From Octopus vulgaris (lineage: Eukaryota), in the NCBI GenBank assembly GCA_951406725.2, contig OX597832.1, positions 18,600,001 through 18,664,000 of the forward strand: 64,000 nt of DNA, written 5' to 3'. Positions 54,931-64,000 of the stretch are shown in pieces. Within the stretch, counting starts at the first letter, position 1. Each line of letters begins with the position of its first letter. Made by a program: the position numbers and the translations under genes. The notes under the pieces were generated by a model that had not been told where the DNA came from, did no database searches, and saw only the letters and a program-made list of their open reading frames with translations.

Positions 54931-55437
54931 CAAAGCTGGATTTACTGCATTATTTATCAACTGGAAATCATAAAACATTCCGTAGAGAACACAGTATTTT
55001 TCATCGTATCAAATCCCAAATCACATTTGGGGTTGCATTTTGCAGACGGGCACGTTTGGAAGGAATCCTTGCAAAAGTTTAGTACACTTGATAGGTAAGG
55101 GGAAAAGAAAATAGAACAGGAAATAGAACAGGAAAGGGTTACGAAAATAATGCACTGATGAGAGAAGAAACATTGAGGAGAAGGGGTAGAAGATGAAATA
55201 TAAGTGCAAGTGTACTTATGAAAACATGGTTGTGTATGTGTCCGTGTGTGTGCACGCGCGAACGTTTGTATGCATAGTGATGGATAATTAGAATCACATA
55301 TTGATCTTTATCGAATGTGAATCATGAAAGACCATGTTGAAAATTTCAAAGAATCATAAGTGTTTAATATAGAGCTACATAATCCAGAATTAAACCGATT
55401 TCGGAGGGGCTTGTTCGTGCGTGGATGTGTCTGTGTC

Positions 55438-55485
<48 letters not shown>

Positions 55486-56623
55486 CGTATATATATATGT
55501 GTGTGTTTGTGTATGAGTATATCTATTTACCTAGCTATCTATCTGTCTATAAATAATCTTGTATTCTTTTATTCATTTACACAAAAAGTCAGCGGCTATG
55601 ATGGGGCACCATTAGTATTATCACCTTTTCAGCGACCATTCTTATTTGGCTTTTCGGAATGAGATTGTTTGAGATTGCTGCCTTTTTTTTTCTTTTAGTT
55701 TCTTGCAATGGTGCCAATCCATCTGCTAGAGGTCAAGGTACCTCTAAAATATATGTACTTCCACTCTGTAGTTTTTCACAAGATTTTAAATGGCTGTAGT
55801 CTTTTGAATCCCAGTAACAGCAATATCCCCTTCTTACTCTAGACTGCACACATATCCCGTTATCTCTCCAAGGAGCCGAGTCGTAATTCTTTCAGTCTTT
55901 TTCTTTGGATCAACTGCTTCCTTGACGGAATTTTCATGGGGTAGAACTCCTGAGCACCCTCGACTTCTGTGAAATTTTCGTAGATGCAGTAGTGCAAACG
56001 GCTGAGAACAAATGTCGTCAATCGGAAAGTATAGATACCCTGCCGTTATTCTCAATGTCTTCTGAATCCATCCAGACATTCGTCTTCACAATGCCACCAT
56101 CATGGTGTTATGTGCATAAAAAGAAACATTTTTGCACATATGGATCACTCATTCACACACTGCTTTTGACTATTGTTGCTCATGTTGGTGGAAACTATCT
56201 TTGTTTTGGCGAGTTGGCACAAGTTGGTTGATAATAGAAGGCTTAGAAATTTCCTGCATTAAAGCGATAGGTGTTTGCTAACCTGCTTGCAATATTTATC
56301 GGGTGCAGATCGCAAGTATAACCATGTGGGGTTAAAACTCTCCTTAGGTTAAAAATAGCAGTAACGTCGGTTCCTACAGAACAGCCATATTGAAGTACAC
56401 GTAGTTTTAAATGTAAAAAGTGTTTTGTTTTCAATAGAACTTGTTAATTTGTCGTACATGTATATTTTAGCCGATATTTTAATTGCCAGCATCAGTACCC
56501 GGTACACATTTAAGATATGGTACGGTAAGGTAGGGTATTAAGTTATTTTAAACGAGGAGGGTGGTCGATGCGGGATGAAAATGATTAAAGGGAGTCGAGG
56601 AGGAAGGAGAAGTAGCTAAAGGT

Positions 56624-56658
56624 GCCGGTCGATGGTCGAAAAAGTTTGGCGACCCTTG
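56624..56658 (-). mobile_element. Solo hAT/Charlie-like terminal inverted repeat
   Basis: Minus strand CAAGGGTCGCCAAACTTTTTCGACCATCGACCGG resembles CAGGGGTCGCCAAACTTTTT hAT termini; partner end not located. Confidence 0.55.
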
Positions 56659-57003
56659 GTATACAGAAACGCATATATAATATGTACCCGGTAATGTATA
56701 CCAACACGCATGTTTATGTATATTGGTCAGTGTGTTTGCGTATATATGAGTAGAAAAAGGGAAATGGATAACGGTGATGAATACAGAGAGAGAAAGAAAG
56801 ATCAAGATATATTCTCACGTAAAGAGAGGATTTTACGTAATTAATTACATTCTTAATTAACGCTGTGTTAATTTCCCTATTTCTTCTACAAAACTGCGTT
56901 ACAATCCCAGAAACGGAAAGTAGTACATAATATAAACATAAAAACTGAAATCGGAATCCTTATTCCTTGTGTATATGTATGCATGTATGTATATATGTAT
57001 GTA

Positions 57004-57197
57004 AAGGGAAAGTTTACGAAAATAAACAAAAGGCGAAGGCAAGTGGAGTACAAACAGACAAATGTATTAGTATAACGCTCAGGAATAGAAAAGTCTTTAA
57101 CGTTTCAAGCCTACGCTCTTCGACAGAAAGATACACAGAAAAAAACAAGGAGAGAAAAAAATGCGTGTAGGAGCTAACGATCTATCATGGCGTCCTG
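57004..57197 (-). mobile_element. Short element with decayed hammerhead, family H2
   Basis: Minus strand TCTTT-CTGTCGA-A-GAGC-GTAG-GCTT-GAA-ACGT-T-AAAGA; homologous to 15118-15303; embedded in (ATGT)n. Confidence 0.65.
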
Positions 57198-57535
57198 ATG
57201 TATTTATATATGTATGTATGCATGTATGTATGCATGTATGTATGTATGTATGCATGTATGTATGTATGTTTGTATGTATGTATGTATGTATGTATCTATG
57301 TATGTATGTATGTATGTATGTATGTATGTATGTATGTATGTTTGTATGTATGTATGTATGTATGTATGTATGCATGTATGTATGTATATATGTATGTATG
57401 CATGTATGTATGTATATATGTATGTATGCATGTATGCATGTATGCATGTATGTATGTATGTATGTATGCATGTATGTATGTATGTATGCATGTATGTATG
57501 CATGCATGTATGCATGTATGCATGTATGTATGTAT
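57198..57535. repeat. (ATGT)n microsatellite
   Basis: Direct reading. Confidence 0.97.
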
Positions 57536-60500
57536 ACGCATCTAGAAACAAGCATGTATTTATAAATACTGAAACTTCCTTTTGCGGAAGATGAGGGCTT
57601 CTTCGTGGTGAATTCTATGTTCTTTGTCTTAAACAAAACCGTAGCAAATAAAAGTAAATATTGCTAACTATTACCACCAATCCTAGAATACTCAGTTTAT
57701 CTCATGAATATACGAAGTGATTAGAAGTTATATAATTTCCCTTTCCGATTGTGCCACTTATTCCTTACCTTCGCATACCTATTCACTCACTTTACGTAGC
57801 TGTTTTACTGCTTTATCTCTCTAAACTTGTAGTAGTTTCTTGTGTTTCGGATTTTCTCTTGAATGTTTTGGAAGCATTTTTGCGTTTTCAAGCCACATTC
57901 ATATTAAATCTTCAATAAGTGTCTTTTAGATAAGAGAAAAATTTACCTTTGTCTGTTTATATGCGATAAAACCTTTGATTCTCGTATCTTTTTTTCGTAT
58001 TTGTGAATATGCTTTAGTCTTATATTTTGTATTGCTTCTAAAGAAGGAAATAGTTACATAAAGCAATAATTCACTTAATTTGCGATGAGATTCCTTGAAA
58101 GCATACATACACGCACACACACACACATATATATATATAATGTACACACACAGCCACACGTACACATGCACACACACATACCTATCTATATACATATATA
58201 TATATTCGCGAATATGATCTAATCTGTATAGGTTTCAATGAAAATCATATAATTTATGACGCTGCATTGCTACTGATGATGTCCTTAAAACACTTTTCGA
58301 GAATATTCGGACTAATCTAATTAGAGCAAATTTTTATCCTTTATGTTTTAAAAAGAATTTCTATGCATCGGAACTTCATCGCTAACTTTAACTGAAAACA
58401 TCCGTATTTTATTTACATAGTTAAAAGCAATTAGAATGCATATTTATGTATAGTGTCCTTTCGTTCATTCACCGGGAATATAAGAAAATGATGAACCCAG
58501 ATCGTTAAATTCTAAGATTTTAGCGATTCATCTTTGGTTTCTTTTGTAAAACTCAGGACATCTGTAGAACCGTCTGTCTTGTCGAACCCTAGGCCAGCCT
58601 TGGTTTAATATATACCACGGAATTTATGATTATTGTGTCTTTATTTTACAGACCAAATAAAATTTAGATTTATACTTGCAATATTTTTTTAAACATTACG
58701 ATCCTTCATGAGAATTTTCGAAAATGATTCTTAACAGGTTGAATTTCCACATAGAGGATTACACAAACGTTTGTTTAGAATGATACTATTATGCATTCGT
58801 ATATCTATAAGCGACTTATATATAATTCCCTCTGACAAATGCGTAAGTAAATCAAATCATATATTATAGATACGGCAAAGAACTGGTAAGTACTAGTTGG
58901 AAGGATTCTGATAATTAATTTAAAGTGCTTTATTAAACGCATCAGGTACATCATAATTTAAATTAATTAAGAAAATCAAATACTGTTTGTAGAAGACAGA
59001 ATTAATATGAGTGAGCTTCTTCCACACATGCCGAATAAGACGATTTAATCATGCTATTTACAGGGACACGCACACACGTAAATAACACATACACACATAA
59101 ATGCCTATGCACACACACACGTGTGTGGGTGTGTGCGCGTGCGTACCTGTGGCTCGATTTCTTTATGTGTAAGTTAGCGTAAAGTTGTATGTAATCATTG
59201 TAAGCGTTTAATCATACAACGACACAACCGCACCAGAATTACAGAATGATATAACACGCATATTTCAAACCAGAATCGAAAGTTTAAATATATTGACCTA
59301 TATTATATTCTTTAGCATATATATTGTTTAACGTATAAATATATATGTGTATATATGTGTGCATGTATGTATATAGGTATATGCATGAGCATATAAATTC
59401 GTTTATTACGTGTCTAATACACGTGTGTGTGTGTGAATGCGCTCTCTTGCAAGTCGTGTTGCGCGCAAATTTATATATGTGCGCCCGCATCAGCATGTGT
59501 GTATATGTGTGTATGTGTGTGTGTGTGTATGTGTATTTGTAGTTGTGTTCGTGTATATGCACGCGTGCGTCTTCATAGCGTGTGAGCTGTCTTATGTTTT
59601 TACAAAAATAATTTATAATCAACAGTTATCTCACACGATATTTTCTATTATAATTCCCATCGTATTATGATTCACACAGAGCAAGGAGATATCTATGAAT
59701 AGTTCTTTCTGTCGATTATCAAGAACGAAAAATAAGTGACACAAAATAAAAAACAAAAAAAAAAAAAAAAAGAAAGAGTAAAAATAAAGACCAAATAACA
59801 GAAAGAAAGAAAGAAAGAAATTCTTTCACGGAGGTTATCAGCAAATTTGTGAAAGAAAGTATAAGATAATAGTTAAAAACAAAAGGGAAAAAAATACATG
59901 AATAAAGATAGCTAACGTTAAAAACTTAACAACAAACATAGTTATCTTTAAGAATGAGAATCGCTCTTTAATATTCAATCGCCAGAAGCATTTACACACG
60001 TTATTATAATGATGATCATCACGATTATATTTCATAACCGTGATTATTATTATCATTATTATTTTTTATTATAATTATTATCAAAAATTAAAATTATGGT
60101 TAATATTATTTGTATTATTATTCTATATTTTTTATTTTAAAAATATATCATGGATATTTTAAAGTTTCTTCTTTTTCTTTTGTTTATCGTTGGTACTATT
60201 ATTAATATTATTCTTATTATACTTTATTGTAAGTCCGTTATTATTAATATTTTTTTCATTGTTATTGCGATTATAAATGACTGTAGATGATTAGCAATAA
60301 CTTTGTATTCATTTAAATATTCGTCAGACAAAGCCGCTTTAATTTTCAAACAGTTTTTTATAAAATTTGATACAAAGGAAAACAGATAGACAAATATAAA
60401 TATAACTGTACACGTGTGTATGCGTGTGTGTGATTTTTATGCAGGCCTGCGTGTGCTAGTTGTTGTGTGTGCATTTATTTCAGTACGTGAGTGTCTTTGC

Positions 60501-60826
60501 GTGTACGATAGCGAAAAATCTGTTTCTTCCTAGCAATAATTGTACTGATATCTACAATTTAAGGAGTTGTATGCTTGCGTGAGTTAATGGAATTATCTAC
60601 TTATAACGCAAAAGGTTAGCACAATTGATGAAGATAAACAAGTTATACAGAATGACAAACATTCACACGTTTATATACACATAACATACGTATATATACA
60701 CGCGCAGTTACACTCATGTGCCTATGTATGTTTGCATGTATGTATGTATAAATGTGTGAATATATATGTATGAATATATATATTTATATACGTGTGTATG
60801 TATGTATATATTTATACTCTACTTTG

Positions 60827-60868
<42 letters not shown>

Positions 60869-61311
60869 GTACACATATGTAAGGACGTATTTATACATCA
60901 AACGTATATATATACACAAATATATATATTCACTTCACATATATACATTTATATATGTGTGTGATTGTGTGTGGTACTGAGTGTTACTTGTAGTATGTAA
61001 CGTAATACAACCAGTGGCACGTTAAGTCATGCATGTATGTGTGTATGTGTGTATGTATGTATGTATGTATGTATGCATGCATGTATGTATGTAAGTATGT
61101 ATGTATGTATGTATGTATGTATGTATGTTGGTTTGTTTGTACGAAGGTATGTTCTTGTGTGTGTTTCTGAGTATTTGTGTGACTGAGCATATTTGGGAAG
61201 CCCTCATCTAAAAACTGTCTGAGGCTTGGTCATGAATTTTACGTCCGTGAAGATGAGACCTCTTTATAGTAGTTTGCTTTGTAAGTGTCACAACAATAAA
61301 AAGGAAAATAT

Positions 61312-61725
61312 GAGGACTGGATGTGTGGTAAGTAGCTTGCTTACCAACCACATGGCTCCGGGTTCAGTCCCATTGCGTGACACCTTGGGCAAGTGTCTTC
61401 TACTATAGCCTCGGGCTGACCAAAGTCTTGTAAGTGGATTTGGTAGACAGAAACTGAAAGAAGCCTGTCGTATATATGTATATATATATATATGTGTGTA
61501 TGTATGTGTGTGTGTATATGATTTTTTGTCTGTGTTTGTCCTCCCAACATCGCTTGATAACAGATGCTGGTGTGTTCACGTCCCCGTAACTTAGCGGTTC
61601 GGCTAAAGAGATCGATAGAATAAATACTGGGCTTACAAAGAAAAAGTCCTGGGGTCGATTTGCTCAACTAAAGGCGGTGCTCTAGCATGGCCACAGTCAC
61701 ATGACTGAAACAAGTAAAAGAGTAA
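61312..61725 (+). mobile_element. Near full-length SINE family B
   Basis: TGTGTGGTAAGTAGCTTGCTTACCAACCAC...GGTTCAGTCCC...ACCTTGGGCAAGTG...internal (TA)/(TG)...GACTGAAACAAGTAAAAGAG. Confidence 0.92.
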
Positions 61726-62359
61726 ACAGTAACTACAAAATGCGCCATTTTAAGCTAAGCTGCGTTACAAGTTACCAGTACCAAATACGTACATACACAC
61801 ATACACGCACATTTTAAGAGCCACTCCTCTTCACTCTTTAGGCTCCCTATGTTTTGCCATGCTATAGCATCATCGAAGATAATGCCTAATATTGTTTATA
61901 GACATATTTCACATAGTTCTAAGTTGTCAAGTTTAGGAATTTTAATGTAGATATATATAGAATTAACCAATATTGAATTAGATAAATAAATAAGATGCCT
62001 TATTTTCTTATAAAACTAAATGAGGAAATATTCACTGCATATCAATCACTTTAATGTCTAGAGTTTCTAATTAAACTTAATTCCGCTGGGAGAAGCTTCA
62101 TGACAATTCTTGACTCGCCGTTGCAAATATTTATTGATCTAAACATGTAGATGGTGTGAAAGTTGTGTTTGTGGTTATTAAATGTTCAGTAAAGTTGCCA
62201 CAAAGAGTCAGGTTATCACTTCTGTTTGTTTGTTTGCTTCTTTCTTTCTTTCTTCGTTTTTTTTCTTTTTGCAGTAATCAGCTATTGGAACTGACTGTTC
62301 AGTGGCTGAAACATATTTGAATTAAATACCTGGAGCAAGAATTGATGGACACGGAGATA

Positions 62360-62610
62360 AACATACATGGATACACAAATAAATACATACACACACATAC
62401 ATACATACATACACATACGTACATACATACATACATGCATACATACATACATACATACATACATACATGCATACATACACATACATACATATATATATAC
62501 ATACATACATACATACACATACATACATATATACACACACATACATAATACATACATACATACATACATACATACATACATACATACATACATGCATACA
62601 TACATACATC
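62360..62610. repeat. (CATA)n microsatellite
   Basis: Direct reading. Confidence 0.95.
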
Positions 62611-63778
62611 TATATTCTATATTCACAGCTATATTAAGTTCGACATTTTCTTTCTTGTCTGTAAACTAGCAAACACATTTGACACTTCTAGAGTCTACGT
62701 TATGATCCACATCTCCCATTAATAAATAAAATTTACCTCATCATGCTCATACATTTAATAATAGAGATAAAGCAAGATCAAAATCGCTCGTTCGCGAAGG
62801 TCTGTGAATTAAAGTACAAACATGTAGTTTCAACAAACGTAGAACATCGCTACACACACTAAGCCTTACATTGGCGATATATATGTTCCAGTCTCTGCAG
62901 CTTTGAATTGGTGTAACTCTTAAAGTGTATGTCTACTTGTATTAAGAGGTCGGATAAATTATGGATCAAATGCCCGTATCCTATCCATAATCTGAGCTGA
63001 TGCAATAAAGTCGCCTCCGAGGGCAAACTAGTTATATATAACCCTACAGTATAGACCTTAATTACTTAGTAATTAAATTCATGGATTATATATAAGTAGC
63101 ATAGCGTCTCTTAATACAATTAATCCATATAAGTGATAATATTTAGGCTACATGTATCCGCTCTTTTTACCAACAACATATGATGGACTAATTTTATATG
63201 ATTTAATTTAATTTAATTTAATAAATGTATCCAATTTGCTTCTATCCTTAGGAAAAGACTTAAGAATATTGTTTCGTCCACAAAATTATGGCCTATATAC
63301 ATCTTTATAATTCGTTTTAATCCTATGAATTATTTTAGCCTTTATTAATATTGATTGATCTTTATAATTCGTTAAACATATTCAACATTCTTATAATATT
63401 TTCTTCATAGTCTGTGCTATGATATATTAGAAAATGTTTGTGAACGTGTTTGGCAACTGCAACTGTTTCGACAAATGTAAATATTCTGTCTATGCAAAAT
63501 GGTTTTCAAGAGAGCATAAGAGCACGGGTTCTGATAAAGGCCTTCTTTAAGTGTGCCTGTGGAAGTCCTCATATATGTATTATCCTGTACAGCGTAACCA
63601 CTTTGTGGGGCTACGAATATATTTTCGTCTGTAGTGGGGCATGATTCCATTCTTTTTATTTAGAATATACATGCTTTGGTGCCCCTGCAATTGTGCAAGT
63701 TGAGGATAAGATATATATATATATATATATAAAGAGAGAGAAAGAGAGAGAGAGAGAGAATAAAGAGTACGTACGTCG

Positions 63779-63816
<38 letters not shown>

Positions 63817-63824
63817 CGACGTAC

Positions 63825-63860
<36 letters not shown>

Positions 63861-63864
<4 letters not shown>

Positions 63865-64000
63865 AAAAATGGGACAAAACGCAAAACATTCAGAAGACGA
63901 TACAAAAAACACGGGCGGGTCATTCGAAGCCTTCAATCTTCAGTCAAGAACCGGATCATCTTCGCAATTTCGGCTGATTAATCTTGAGATTGCTCCATAC
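63861..64000. mobile_element. (TA)n-associated repeat, family T (runs off the window)
   Basis: AAAATGGGACAAAACGCAAAACAT...CGCAATTTCGGCTGATTAATCTTGAGATTGCTCC immediately after (TA)n. Confidence 0.85.

Overview
AT-rich, microsatellite-saturated eukaryotic non-coding DNA (intron or intergenic). The SINE families suggest an Octopus genome, recognised from memory rather than by database search. No intact protein-coding gene is supported, and almost all ORFs in the track are simple-repeat artefacts. The window holds more than 30 copies or fragments of at least three tRNA-derived SINE families, decayed mariner, CR1-like and R4/Dong-like fragments, a ~930-bp MITE with an 8-bp TSD, and an isolated 28S rRNA fragment. 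The most interesting signal is a set of short, mutually dissimilar non-coding elements carrying type I hammerhead ribozyme (HHR) motifs with palindromic stem III. Two have intact cores (51120-51210 and 52729-52781) and about seven are decayed. Most sit in or beside microsatellites, several have an inverted duplication of their own end, and one is bounded by a 12-bp TSD. They look like Penelope-derived or retrozyme-like mini-retroelements. Coordinates of decayed repeats are approximate, read by eye.
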